From NCBI GenBank assembly GCA_965221125.1, contig CBDCRW010000007.1, positions 160,001 through 224,000 on the forward strand: a stretch of DNA of 64,000 bases. Reading direction: 5' to 3'. A program made the position numbers and the translations under genes. The notes under the pieces are model-generated. The model was not told where the DNA came from, ran no database searches, and saw nothing but the letters and a program-made list of their open reading frames with translations. This DNA is from Alphaproteobacteria bacterium. GTDB taxonomy: Bacteria; Pseudomonadota; Alphaproteobacteria; UBA828. This document shows positions 1-9,764 of this stretch, piece by piece. The stretch's first letter is position 1. Every line of letters begins with the position of its first letter.

Positions 1-1351
1 CCTCGGGCCCCGGCAGGAACAGGCCCTGGAAGTGCGGCTTGAATGCCTTGCTCTCGAAGATCGCGCGCGAGATCTTGCAGCCGTCCACCATGCGCCTCAC
101 GTCATCCTCGTCGTCCAGCAGCTTCGAGAAGATGCGCGGCGGCTCGCTGGGGTCGGCCGAGCGGAGAGTGAGCCGGCTGCGGCTCTTCGGGCGGCAGACG
201 TTGACCGGGATGGTGATGCCCGGCCGCTCCAGCAGCTTGATCCCGTCGGGGCCGAACTCGTAGCCGGTCGGCGTGAAGTGAAGCTGGATGTCGGGCCTCG
301 ATTCCTCCTCCGGCCGGGTGCGGAGGAAGGCCACCGCCTGGGCGATGGGGCTCGCGGCCGGCCCCTTGCCCCGCAGCAGCCAGTTGAGGCCGTGGCGCAC
401 CCAGCCCGATGGCGTGACCTCGGTGTTGTAGGTGCTGACATTGACGTAGCCCGCCACCCAGGCGACGGGATGCTCCTGCAGGTTGTTGCCGACCCCCGGC
501 GAATCGGCGACCACGGAGATGCCGAACGCGCCAAGCTCGGCTGCCGGCCCGATGCCTGAGCGCAGCAGGATCGCCGGCGAGGCGATGGCGCCGGCGGAAA
601 GGACGATCTCGCCGTCGGCCGTGGCCTCGCGCGTCTCGCCGCCCCGGCTGTAGACGACCGTGCGCGCGCGGCCGTCCTCGAACAGGACCCTGTCCACCCG
701 CGCCTCGGTCTCGACGCTCAGGTTCGGCCGGTCCATCACCGGCCGGAGGAAGGCGCGCGCGGTGCTGTTGCGCCGCCCGAAGCGGATCGAGCCCTGGTTG
801 GGTCCGATGCCTTCCTGACGCTCGCCGTTGACGTCCGGGTTGAAGGGGTAGCCGAGCTCCTTGCCCGCCTCGTAGAAGACGCGGACCAGCGGATGCGGCG
901 TCGGCACGTCGGAGACGACGAGCGGGCCGCCGTCGCCGTGATACTCGCTCGGGCCGAGCGGGTTGGTCTCCATGCGCTTGAAGTAGGGCAGCACGTCGCG
1001 GTAGCTCCACGCGCCGGTGTTGCCGACGAGCCGCGCCCAGTCGTCGTAGTCCTCGTGCTGGCCGCGCAGGTAGATCATGCCGTTGATGGAGCTGGAGCCG
1101 CCGAGCACCTTGCCGCCGGGCCACATGGCATCGCGGCCGTTGAGCGAGGGATCGGGTTCGCTCATGTACATCCAGTTGAAGCGGGGATTGAGAATGGCCT
1201 TGATCTCGCCGGCGGGGACGCGGACCACCGGCGAGGTGTCGTTGCCGCCGCCTTCCAGCAGCAGGACCTTGTTCTTCGGATTGGCCGACAGACGATGCGC
1301 CAGCACGCACCCGGCCGATCCTGCGCCGACGATGATGTAATCCCACGCCAT
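1..1351 (-). CDS. GMC family (choline dehydrogenase-like) FAD oxidoreductase; 3' end runs off the window
   Basis: Translated by hand (absent from the ORF track): MAWDYIIVGAGSAGCVLAHRLSA...GKVLGGSSSINGMIYLRG...GVGNNLQEHP, all GMC signature motifs. Confidence 0.92.
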   Translation of the reverse strand, partial: MAWDYIIVGAGSAGCVLAHRLSANPKNKVLLLEGGGNDTSPVVRVPAGEIKAILNPRFNWMYMSEPDPSLNGRDAMWPGGKVLGGSSSINGMIYLRGQHEDYDDWARLVGNTGAWSYRDVLPYFKRMETNPLGPSEYHGDGGPLVVSDVPTPHPLVRVFYEAGKELGYPFNPDVNGERQEGIGPNQGSIRFGRRNSTARAFLRPVMDRPNLSVETEARVDRVLFEDGRARTVVYSRGGETREATADGEIVLSAGAIASPAILLRSGIGPAAELGAFGISVVADSPGVGNNLQEHPVAWVAGYVNVSTYNTEVTPSGWVRHGLNWLLRGKGPAASPIAQAVAFLRTRPEEESRPDIQLHFTPTGYEFGPDGIKLLERPGITIPVNVCRPKSRSRLTLRSADPSEPPRIFSKLLDDEDDVRRMVDGCKISRAIFESKAFKPHFQGLFLPGPE

Positions 1352-1430
1352 CCTGTTCCCTCCACGCATTGCGCCCGTCTCGCGAGCGCCTAGTGTCGCC
1401 CGCCGAAGGCGTGCGGGCAAAGGCGGCGGG

Positions 1431-3878
1431 CTAGGCCTTGATGCGGCTGGAGGCGGGGTCGTAGAGGGGGCGCAGCGAGGCCCTGGCGGGGTAGCGCACG
1501 CCCGCGACCTCGATCTCGTAGCGGCCGGCGTTCACGTGGTCCGCGTCCACGCCCGCCTCGTTCTCGACATAGCCGAGGCCGATGGCGCCGCCGAGGGTAT
1601 GGCCGTACATGCCTGAGCGGATGTAGCCGGCAATGGCATCGTCCCGCCAGATCGGCTCGTTGTGGTAGAGCAGCGGCTCGGGGTCCTCTAGAAGGAACTG
1701 GACGAGGCGCTGGCGCACGCCCGCCTCCCGCTGGCGCAGCAGCGCGTCGCGGCCGACGAGGCCGCCCGGCTTGTCCAGCTTGACCGCGAAGCCGAGGCCC
1801 GCCTCCAGCGGCGTGTCGGCGTCGGTGATGTCGTGGCCGTAGTGGCGGTACGCCTTCTCGATCCTGAGCGAGTTCATGGCGTGCATGCCGACGTGGCGGA
1901 GCCCCACGTCCTCGCCCGCCTCCACCAAAGCGTCGTAGATGCCGGCGGCGAACTCGGTCGGGATGTAGAGCTCCCAGCCGAGCTCGCCCACGTAGGTGAT
2001 GCGCGACGCGCGGGCGCAGCCCAGGCCAAGCTCGATCTCCCGGCTGGCGCCGAAGGGGAAGGCCTCGCTGCCGAGATCGTCCGGGCTGAGCGACTGCAGC
2101 AAGTCGCGGGACCGCGGACCCATGACGCCGAGCACGGCGATCCCGGAGGTGACGTCGGTGAGCACCGCGTGCGCGCCCTCAGGCGTGTGGCGCCGGAGCC
2201 ATAGAGCGTCCCGCACCTGGAACTCGCCGGAGGTCACGATCAGGTAGTCGTCCTCCGCGAGCCTGGTGACGGTGAGGTCGGCCTCGATTCCGCCCGCCTC
2301 GTTGAGCCACTGGGTGTAGACGATGCGGCCCGGCGGCACGTCCACCTCGTTGGCCGAGACCCGGCCGAGGACCTTCGCGGCGTCGCGGCCCTGCAGGCGG
2401 AACTTGGCGAACGAGGTCTGGTCGAAGAGGCCCACCCCCTCCCGCACCGCCCGGTGCTCCTCGGCGCTCGCGTCGAACCAGTTCTGCCGGCCAAAGCTGT
2501 ATTCGTAGCGGAGCTCCATGCCGTCCGCCGCGTACCAGTTGGGCCGTTCCCAGCCGAAGGCCTCGCCGTGGCAGGCCCCGCGGGCGGCGAGACGATCGTG
2601 GAAGGGCGAGCGGCGCACGCCGCGCGCGGTCGCGTACTGGCGGAAGGGCCAGTGGTTGTCGTAGAGGAGGCCCAGCGTCTCGCTCACCCGCTCGCGCAGG
2701 TAGCGGCGGTTGGTCTGGAACGGCAGGTTGCGGCGTATGTCCACGTCCCACATGTCGAGGAGCGGCCGTCCGGTCTTGATGCACTCGGCCAGCACCTTGC
2801 CGGCGCCGCCGGCCGACTGGATGCCGATGGAGTTGAACCCGGCCGCGACGTAGCAGCCGGCAAGCCCCGGCGCCTCGCCCAGATGGTAGCGATCGTCCGG
2901 GGTAAAACTCTCGGGCCCGCAGAAGAAGGTCTGGATGCCGGCGTCCGCCAGTGCCGGCATGCGCTTCAGTGCCTGCATCAGCACCGGCTCGAAGTGGTCG
3001 TAGTCGTCCGGCAGCTGGTCGAAGGAAAAATCCTCGGGGATCCCGTCCATGCCCCAGGGCTTGGCGTCGGGCTCGAAGGCGCCGAGCAGGATCTTGCCCG
3101 CGTCCTCCTTGTAGTAGGCGCAGCCGTCGTAGTCGCGCAGCACCGGCAGGTCCGGCGTCACGCCCTCGAACGGGTCGGTCATCACGTAGAAGTGCTCGCA
3201 GGCGTGGAGCGGCACGTGGACGCCGACGGTGGCCGCAAGCGCGCGGGTCCACATGCCCGCGGAGAGCACCACCGTCTCCGCCGCAATCGCGCCCGCCTCG
3301 GTCTCGACGCCGGTGATCCGCTCGCCGTCGTGGCGGATGGCGGTGACGGGCGTGTTCTCGCGGACGAGCACGCCTGCGTCGCGCGCGCCCTTGGCCATCG
3401 CGCGGGTCACGTCGATGGGATTGGCCTGGCCGTCGGAGGGGATGAAGATGCCGCCCACCACGTCGTCAACGGCGATCAGCGGGTAGCGCTCCTTGATCTC
3501 GTTGGGCCTGAGCACGTCGACGCGGAGGTCGAACACCTTGGCCATCGAGGCGCTCCGCTTCAGTTCGTCGAAGCGGCCTTGCGTCGTGGCGAGCGAGATC
3601 GAGCCGTTCTGCTTGAAGCCCGTCGCCTGGCCGGTCTCGGCCTCGAGGCCGGTGTAGAGCTCGGCGGTGTACTTGGCGAGCTCGGTCATCCGCTTGGACG
3701 GGCGGAGCTGGCCGATGAGCCCGGCGGCGTGCCAGGTGGTGCCGCAGGTGAGCTCGCGGCGCTCCAGCAGCACCACGTCGGAGACACCGGCGCGCGCCAG
3801 GTGATAGGCGACGGAGCAGCCCACCACCCCGCCGCCGACGATGACGACTCTGGCCGAACGCGGCAGGTCGGCAGCCAT
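1431..3878 (-). CDS. GcvT-family FAD-dependent dehydrogenase (sarcosine/dimethylglycine dehydrogenase-like)
   Basis: GGGVVG FAD motif, GTTWHAAG, GPESFTPD, and C-terminal GcvT domain motifs GELGWEL and SLRIEKAY. Confidence 0.92.
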   Translation of the reverse strand: MAADLPRSARVVIVGGGVVGCSVAYHLARAGVSDVVLLERRELTCGTTWHAAGLIGQLRPSKRMTELAKYTAELYTGLEAETGQATGFKQNGSISLATTQGRFDELKRSASMAKVFDLRVDVLRPNEIKERYPLIAVDDVVGGIFIPSDGQANPIDVTRAMAKGARDAGVLVRENTPVTAIRHDGERITGVETEAGAIAAETVVLSAGMWTRALAATVGVHVPLHACEHFYVMTDPFEGVTPDLPVLRDYDGCAYYKEDAGKILLGAFEPDAKPWGMDGIPEDFSFDQLPDDYDHFEPVLMQALKRMPALADAGIQTFFCGPESFTPDDRYHLGEAPGLAGCYVAAGFNSIGIQSAGGAGKVLAECIKTGRPLLDMWDVDIRRNLPFQTNRRYLRERVSETLGLLYDNHWPFRQYATARGVRRSPFHDRLAARGACHGEAFGWERPNWYAADGMELRYEYSFGRQNWFDASAEEHRAVREGVGLFDQTSFAKFRLQGRDAAKVLGRVSANEVDVPPGRIVYTQWLNEAGGIEADLTVTRLAEDDYLIVTSGEFQVRDALWLRRHTPEGAHAVLTDVTSGIAVLGVMGPRSRDLLQSLSPDDLGSEAFPFGASREIELGLGCARASRITYVGELGWELYIPTEFAAGIYDALVEAGEDVGLRHVGMHAMNSLRIEKAYRHYGHDITDADTPLEAGLGFAVKLDKPGGLVGRDALLRQREAGVRQRLVQFLLEDPEPLLYHNEPIWRDDAIAGYIRSGMYGHTLGGAIGLGYVENEAGVDADHVNAGRYEIEVAGVRYPARASLRPLYDPASSRIKA

Positions 3879-4549
3879 CAGGAGGCCCTCGTCGCTCTTG
3901 TGGGCGCGAGCTGCCTGATCTCACTCAGCGCGGAGTCGAGGTCGCGCACCTCGGCCCAGCCGACCCGCATCATCTCGATGGCGGGCGCGTGCAGGTGCGG
4001 CAGCGTCGTGCCCGTACACTCCTCGATCACGATGGGCTTGAAGTCGCGGAACATCGCGTCCTTCGAGGTTGCCGCGACGCATTGATTGGTGAGCACGCCG
4101 GTCATCAGCACCGTCTCCGCCCCGATCCCCCGCAAGACCACCTCCAGGTCCGTGCCGTAGAAGGCGCTGAGCCGCGTCTTCGCGACATACCAGTCGTCGG
4201 GCTGGGGGCTAAGCTCCGCCAGCACCTCCCAGCCCCAGGTCTCGCGCCTGAGCCCGCCGTCGGCGAGGAACGGGCGGAGCTGCATGAACGGCCCGCCGTC
4301 CTCCACGCCCCGGATGCCGTGCCGGGTCCAGACGATGGGGATGCCCTTCGCGCGGGCGGCGCCAACGAGCGCCTTCAGCGGCTCGATGCAGCGCTGCATG
4401 TGGCCGATGTCGATGCCCCGCGCCGAATACCAGCCCTCGGGGTGCAGAAAATCGTTCTGCGCGTCGATGACGACGAGCGCCGTTCCCCCCGGCACGAGGT
4501 CCCAGTGCGCCGCCTCGAAGGGCGCGGCCTGCGTCGCTTCGTCCGTCAT
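3878..4549 (-). CDS. Isochorismatase-family cysteine hydrolase (amidase)
   Basis: IDAQNDF, KTRLSAF and GVLTNQCV give the Asp-Lys-Cys triad; start trimmed to MTDEATQ; stop overlaps the next start. Confidence 0.88.
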   Translation of the reverse strand: MTDEATQAAPFEAAHWDLVPGGTALVVIDAQNDFLHPEGWYSARGIDIGHMQRCIEPLKALVGAARAKGIPIVWTRHGIRGVEDGGPFMQLRPFLADGGLRRETWGWEVLAELSPQPDDWYVAKTRLSAFYGTDLEVVLRGIGAETVLMTGVLTNQCVAATSKDAMFRDFKPIVIEECTGTTLPHLHAPAIEMMRVGWAEVRDLDSALSEIRQLAPTRATRAS

Positions 4550-4684
4550 CGCCTGCCCCTGCCTTGCCCCCGTGCCGTCCGCCGCGGGGAGCCTATCACC
4601 CGGCCGTGCAAAGTTTGAGGGCGCCCGGCGCGGGGCGGCGGCTTCACGTGTCAGTGCCGGCGAAATGGCGTATTCCCGGTCCCC

Positions 4685-5911
4685 ATGAGCGGGGGCGCAG
4701 GCGGCAGAGGCGGCAGCGCGGGGCGGGAGCCCGCGGCGCGCGTCTTCGCGGCGTTCCTGCTGCTGGGGCTCACCTCGTTCGGCGGGCCGGTGGCGCACAT
4801 CGGCTACTTCCGCGAGGCCTTCGTCGCGCGCCGGCACTGGATCGAGGACCGCGCCTATGCGGACCTCGTCGCGCTCTGCCAGATGCTGCCGGGGCCAACC
4901 TCGAGCCAGGTGGGCATCGGCATCGGGCTCGCGAAGGCCGGCCTGCCCGGCGCCGTGGCCGCGTGGGTGGGCTTCACGCTCCCCTCGGCCGTCCTCATGG
5001 TGGCTTTCGGCTACGGCGTCGCGGCCTACGAAGAGGCGATCCCCGCCGGCGCCCTGCAGGGGTTGAAGGTGGTCGCCGCAGCGGTGGTCGCGCAGGCGGT
5101 CTGGGGCATGGCGCGCACCCTCTGCCCCGATGCGCCGCGCGCCACGGTGGCGGTGCTCGCCGCCATCGCCGCCGTGCTGGCACCCTCAGTGGTCACGCAC
5201 GTCGCGATCATCGCCGCAGGCGCGCTTGCGGGCGTGCTCGTCCTGCGCCCGGCCTCCGACGCCGGCGACGCGTCGCTCGGGATCGCCGTGGACAGGCGGC
5301 TCGCCGTCCTGCTGCTCGCGCTCTTCCTCGCCCTGCTTGCCGCGCTGCCGATCCTCGCCGCCGCCTGGCCGGCCGAGGCATTGCAACTGGTGGACGGCTT
5401 CTACCGCTCCGCCTCCCTGGTCTTCGGCGGCGGGCACGTTCTGCTGCCGCTGCTGCAGGCGGAGGTGGTGCCGCCCGGCTGGGTCGCGAACGAGACCTTC
5501 ATCGCGGGCTACGGCGCCGCCCAGGCGGTGCCGGGGCCGCTCTTCACCTTCGCCGCCTACTTGGGCGCCGTCGCGGGCATCGGGCCGGGCGGCGTGTCGG
5601 GCGGACTGCTCTGCCTCGCCGCGGTCTTCCTGCCTTCGTTCCTCCTGGTGGTGGGCGCGCTCCCCTTCTGGGAGCGGCTCAGGCGCGTCGCGCTGGCAGA
5701 CCGCGCGATGCTGGGCGTGAACGCGGCGGTGGTGGGGCTGCTCGGCGCCGCCTTCTACGACCCGATCTGGATCGGCGGCATCCGCACGCCGGCTGACCTC
5801 GCGCTCGGGCTCGCGGCCTTCGTGCTGCTTGCCTTCTGGAAGGTGCCGCCCTGGGCCGTGGTGATCCTGGGCGCGCTGGCCGGTTGGGGGATCGATGCCC
5901 TCCAAGGCTGA
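4685..5911 (+). CDS. chrA: Chromate efflux transporter, long-chain CHR family
   Basis: LGLTSFGGPVAHIGYF, CQMLPGPTSSQVG, VFGGGHV and AQAVPGPLFTF repeat motifs. Confidence 0.9.
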   Translation: MSGGAGGRGGSAGREPAARVFAAFLLLGLTSFGGPVAHIGYFREAFVARRHWIEDRAYADLVALCQMLPGPTSSQVGIGIGLAKAGLPGAVAAWVGFTLPSAVLMVAFGYGVAAYEEAIPAGALQGLKVVAAAVVAQAVWGMARTLCPDAPRATVAVLAAIAAVLAPSVVTHVAIIAAGALAGVLVLRPASDAGDASLGIAVDRRLAVLLLALFLALLAALPILAAAWPAEALQLVDGFYRSASLVFGGGHVLLPLLQAEVVPPGWVANETFIAGYGAAQAVPGPLFTFAAYLGAVAGIGPGGVSGGLLCLAAVFLPSFLLVVGALPFWERLRRVALADRAMLGVNAAVVGLLGAAFYDPIWIGGIRTPADLALGLAAFVLLAFWKVPPWAVVILGALAGWGIDALQG

Positions 5912-7190
5912 GCCGCCGACCGCCACAGGCCGGCCGCCGCGCGGGCTGGATCCGCTCATTGCGGTCATCGTCTGCTTCGGTGCGGTCTTCATCCTGAGCC
6001 AGTTCTTCCGCGCCTCCAACGCTGTCATCGCCAAGACGCTCAGCGCCGAGTTCGGGCTTTCGCCGGAGGCTTTGGGTCTGCTCACCGGCCTGTTCTTCCT
6101 CTCCTTCGGTGCGGCGCAGATCCCCGTGGGCATGCTGTTCGACCGCTTCGGCGCGCGCCGCACGGCGCCCGTGGTGCTCACCGCGGCGATCGCGGGCTCG
6201 ATCCTCTACGGCCTGGCGGACGGCGAGGCGATGCTGATGGCGGGCCGCCTGCTGCTGGGCCTCGGCTGCTCGGTGGTGCTGATGGGCTCGCTCTTTCTCT
6301 TCGGCCAGTGGGCGCCGGCCGCGTCCTTCAGCACCTGGATGGGGCGAATGATCGCCATCGGCGGCGCCGGCGGCCTGCTGTCGACGACGCCGCTCGCCGC
6401 CATCGCCGATGCCCTCGGCTGGCGCGTGGCCTTCTGGGGCGCGGCGGGGCTGACCGCGGCGGGCGCCATCGCCATCTACGCGCTGGCGCGGGACCGCCCG
6501 TCCCCGGATGGCGGAGGCGCGGCCCCTGCAGAGGGGTTGCGCGAGAGCCTGCGCGGCGTCCGCGCGGCGCTGGCGACGCCGGGGTTCCCGACGCTCACGC
6601 TCATGGGGTTCGCGTCCTATCCGGTGGTCATCACCGTCCTCGGCCTCTGGGGCGGACCCTTTCTCGCGGACCGGCACGGGCTCGAGCCGGTGGAGGCCGG
6701 CAACGCGCTCCTGGTGATGGCGGCCACGCTGATCGTGGCGAACCTCGTGCTGGGTCCGCTGGAGCGCAGGCTGGACATGCGCAAGTGGCTCATCCTCGCC
6801 CTTGCCGCCGTCGTCATCGCGGCATTAGGGTTGCTCGCCGCGCTGCCGGCGCTCCCCACCTGGGCGGTGATCCTCCTCCTCGCCCTCGTCGGCGCCTGCG
6901 GGTCGTACAACATCATGCTCGCAGGCCACGCACGCTCGCTACTGCCCGACCGGCTGGCCGGGCGCGGCATGGCGCTCATGGCGATCGCCTTCATGGGCGG
7001 GCCCGCGGTGCTACAGGCGCTGGGCGGCGTGATCGTCGGCGCCTTCCCCGCGACGGAGGGTGCTGCGCCAGCCATCGCCTACCAGGCGCTCTTCGCCTTC
7101 CTCGCAGGCCTGGTGACGCTGGCCTGCCTCGCCTACCTGCGAATTCCGGACGCGAAGCCGAGCGCCGGGTTCGCCACGGACGAAGCCTGA
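5895..7190 (+). CDS. MFS transporter
   Basis: About 12 hydrophobic segments; motif A GMLFDRFGARR. Confidence 0.88.
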   Translation: MPSKAEPPTATGRPPRGLDPLIAVIVCFGAVFILSQFFRASNAVIAKTLSAEFGLSPEALGLLTGLFFLSFGAAQIPVGMLFDRFGARRTAPVVLTAAIAGSILYGLADGEAMLMAGRLLLGLGCSVVLMGSLFLFGQWAPAASFSTWMGRMIAIGGAGGLLSTTPLAAIADALGWRVAFWGAAGLTAAGAIAIYALARDRPSPDGGGAAPAEGLRESLRGVRAALATPGFPTLTLMGFASYPVVITVLGLWGGPFLADRHGLEPVEAGNALLVMAATLIVANLVLGPLERRLDMRKWLILALAAVVIAALGLLAALPALPTWAVILLLALVGACGSYNIMLAGHARSLLPDRLAGRGMALMAIAFMGGPAVLQALGGVIVGAFPATEGAAPAIAYQALFAFLAGLVTLACLAYLRIPDAKPSAGFATDEA

Positions 7191-7200
7191 TCGGGCCGGC

Positions 7201-8328
7201 TCAGCGCAGCGTGTCGATCACCGCGGCCAGCGCGTCGAGGCAGCTCCGGCCGAGGCGCTGGCTGCGCGCCGGCGACCAGCCATGGCGGGGGTCCGGCGCG
7301 TTCGCCGCGTCCTTGAACGGCATCTCCAGGGTCATGGCGAGGCAGCGATAAGTCTCCGCCACGTGGTTGGCGCAGATGGCGAGGTTGGCCTTGCCGGGCG
7401 GCGTCACCCCATAGCCGTGCTCGGTCTGGAACTCCGGGTTCGCCGCCACGAGCGCCGCCTGGAAGCGCGCAAGATTTTGGGCCAGCGCGTCGCTGTAGGA
7501 GGGGATTCCCTCAGGCCCGGCGATGAAGTTGTAGGGCAGCGCCTCGTCGCCGTGCACGTCGAGGCAGAAGTCGACGCCGGTGCGCGCCATTTCGGCGCCG
7601 ACGAGATGGACCTCCGGGCTCTCCGCCATGCTGGGCGCGGCCCAGGCGCGGTTGAGGTTGATGCCCGCCGCGTTGGTTCTGAGGTGCCCGCGCCGGCTAC
7701 CGTCGGGGTTCATGTTGGGCACGACGAAGAAGCGCGCCTTCTCCAGCAGCGTCCGGGCGCACGCGTCGGCGGGGTCGAGCAGCCGGTCGAGAAATCCCTC
7801 CATCCACCACTCGGCCATGGTCTCGCCGGGGTGCTGGCGCGCGATGACCCAGCACGTGCGCGGCCCTGCCCCGCCGATCTCCAGCAGGTCCAGCGGCGCG
7901 CCGTCGAGGGTCTCGCCCAGCCGCCGCGCGGTGACAAGCGGCGATCCCTTCGCCCGCGCGACGAGCGCGTCGTGGCGCGCCATCGGGTAGGGCGCGAAGT
8001 AGGCGAAGCGCACCTCATCGCCGGCAGGCCGGTGGCGGATGGTCAGCACCGTGCCGTCGTATTCGGTCCTGACGCGGGGCCAGTCCTCGCCGTCCTCCGA
8101 GGCGCAGGCGCGGTAGTCGCGCCAGCCGTCGGGGTAGGTCGCGCCGCCGGCGTTCTCGATCCTGAGCACGCAGTCCCTGCCCGCGGCGCCGCGAACCCGG
8201 AAGCAGAACCACTGGAAGAACTGCCCGCCCGCGTCCGGCACGATCTCCAGCCTGATCCTGTCGGGCGCCGGCGCCGCGAGGCAGCGGATGTTGCCGCCGT
8301 CGAAGTCGCTGTCGATGGAGAGGGTCAC
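7201..8328 (-). CDS. M14 zinc carboxypeptidase, cytosolic carboxypeptidase type
   Basis: FDGGNI, QWFCF, FAYFAPY, ARQHPGE, NPDGS, NLNRAW, LDVHGDE, TLEMPF; GTG start uncertain. Confidence 0.9.
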   Translation of the reverse strand: MTLSIDSDFDGGNIRCLAAPAPDRIRLEIVPDAGGQFFQWFCFRVRGAAGRDCVLRIENAGGATYPDGWRDYRACASEDGEDWPRVRTEYDGTVLTIRHRPAGDEVRFAYFAPYPMARHDALVARAKGSPLVTARRLGETLDGAPLDLLEIGGAGPRTCWVIARQHPGETMAEWWMEGFLDRLLDPADACARTLLEKARFFVVPNMNPDGSRRGHLRTNAAGINLNRAWAAPSMAESPEVHLVGAEMARTGVDFCLDVHGDEALPYNFIAGPEGIPSYSDALAQNLARFQAALVAANPEFQTEHGYGVTPPGKANLAICANHVAETYRCLAMTLEMPFKDAANAPDPRHGWSPARSQRLGRSCLDALAAVIDTLR

Positions 8329-8427
8329 GTCTGCCCTTGCCTGCTTGCGCTTCTCGCCGCCGGATGCTGCGATCCCGCGTTCCAGCCAGGACACATATCA
8401 GATTGGGACCAGCAAGGAAGGGCAGCG

Positions 8428-9240
8428 ATGAGGACAGCGCTCGCGTTTCTCGGTGCAGCTTTCGGCCTCACGCTGCTGGCGGCGTCCCACGGCCGCGCGG
8501 CGGAGATGCCCGCCACCGACGCCCTGCAGGCGCAGATGGGGGCTGCGGCCGATATGGTTACGGTCTACGAGCCGCATCTGAGCGTAGGCGATGCGCACGT
8601 CGCCATGGATTACGTGGGCTACCCGGCCGTGGACGTGCTGGCGCACCTCTTCGGGGCGGACTGGCACGCGCAGGCCGAAACCGTCGAGTTCCGCGCGCTG
8701 GACGGCTACGTCTCCCGCATCGACGCGGCCCGCTTCCTGGCGGAGGGCGCCGCCATCGTCTTCGCGCGCGGGGACGGCGCGCCGTTCACGGTCGACAATC
8801 TGGCGCAGAACGAGACCGGCGTGCCCCTCGGCCCCTACTACCTCGTCTGGGACAACATCGGGAACCCGACTCTGCTGGAGGAGGGCGCGCGCAACTGGCC
8901 CTATCAGGTGGCGGAGGTGAACCTCGTCACTCTCTCCGACGCGGCGCTCTTGCCCGAGGGGCTCGACGCGCGCTTCCACGAAGGCGCGGCGCTGGCCAAG
9001 ACGCACTGCCTGAACTGCCACAAGATCAACGGCTACGGCGGCCAAAAATTCGAGGCCAATCTGGCGGAGGTCGCCAAGGTCTACGATGAGTCCGAATTCG
9101 TCCGCCTGGTGCTGGCGCCGCTCTCCGTCCTGGAAGAGACCACGATGCCGCCCCTCTCCGAGCGCCTCCCCGAGCCCGAGCGCGAACGCATCGCCAAGGC
9201 CCTGTTCGACTACCTGAACGCACTGCCGGTGTTGGAATAG
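8428..9240 (+). CDS. Periplasmic monoheme cytochrome c with an N-terminal uncharacterised (molybdopterin-oxidoreductase-like) domain
   Basis: Signal peptide MRTALAFLGAAFGLTLLAASHGRA; C-terminal CLNCH heme motif and later MPP; RBS AAGGAAG upstream. Confidence 0.8.
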   Translation: MRTALAFLGAAFGLTLLAASHGRAAEMPATDALQAQMGAAADMVTVYEPHLSVGDAHVAMDYVGYPAVDVLAHLFGADWHAQAETVEFRALDGYVSRIDAARFLAEGAAIVFARGDGAPFTVDNLAQNETGVPLGPYYLVWDNIGNPTLLEEGARNWPYQVAEVNLVTLSDAALLPEGLDARFHEGAALAKTHCLNCHKINGYGGQKFEANLAEVAKVYDESEFVRLVLAPLSVLEETTMPPLSERLPEPERERIAKALFDYLNALPVLE

Positions 9241-9259
9241 GTGCGGACCGGCAGCCACG

Positions 9260-9754
9260 TTACGAAGTGACGGCGATCTCCGCCGTCACCGTGCCGCCGG
9301 TAAGCCGCTCCAGCTCGCCCAGGGTGGTGGCGAAGACGCAGTGCGGGTGGCCGGCGGCGGCGTAGACGGTCTCGAAGCGCCCGAGGCTCGCATCGATCGC
9401 GACGGGAAGCTTCGTCTCGTGCGCGACCGGGGCCACGCCGCCGATGGCGAAGCCCGTGGCCGCGCGCACCGCGTCGGCATCGGCGCGGCGGACCTTGCCG
9501 TCGCGCCCGAGCGCGCCGCCCAACGCCTTCGTGTCGCAGCGGCGATCGCCCGCGACCAGCGCCATCACCGGCGCACCGCCCACGGTGAAGACCAGCGACT
9601 TCACGATGCTGCCCAAGGGCGTGCCGATGCTGGCGGCGGCGTCCTCGGCGCTCCGCGCGGTGCTGCTGAGCGCGATCACCTGCGCCACCGAGCCGGCGTC
9701 GGCGAGCGCCGCCTGCACGCGGCGGACCGCCGGATGGGCGATCGGGTCTGCCAC
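9260..9754 (-). CDS. YbaK/EbsC-family aminoacyl-tRNA deacylase
   Basis: IVKSLVF, ATGFAIGGVAP, YAAAGHP motifs. Confidence 0.9.
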   Translation of the reverse strand: MADPIAHPAVRRVQAALADAGSVAQVIALSSTARSAEDAAASIGTPLGSIVKSLVFTVGGAPVMALVAGDRRCDTKALGGALGRDGKVRRADADAVRAATGFAIGGVAPVAHETKLPVAIDASLGRFETVYAAAGHPHCVFATTLGELERLTGGTVTAEIAVTS

Positions 9755-9764
9755 GCCTAACTCC

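Noticed and set aside
7282-9240. 652-aa cytochrome c ORF, and similar long extensions of glyA, thiL, ribE, the M24 gene and the LolA-like gene
   Set aside because: The extensions overlap other genes and lack motifs; starts were trimmed to RBS- or motif-supported codons
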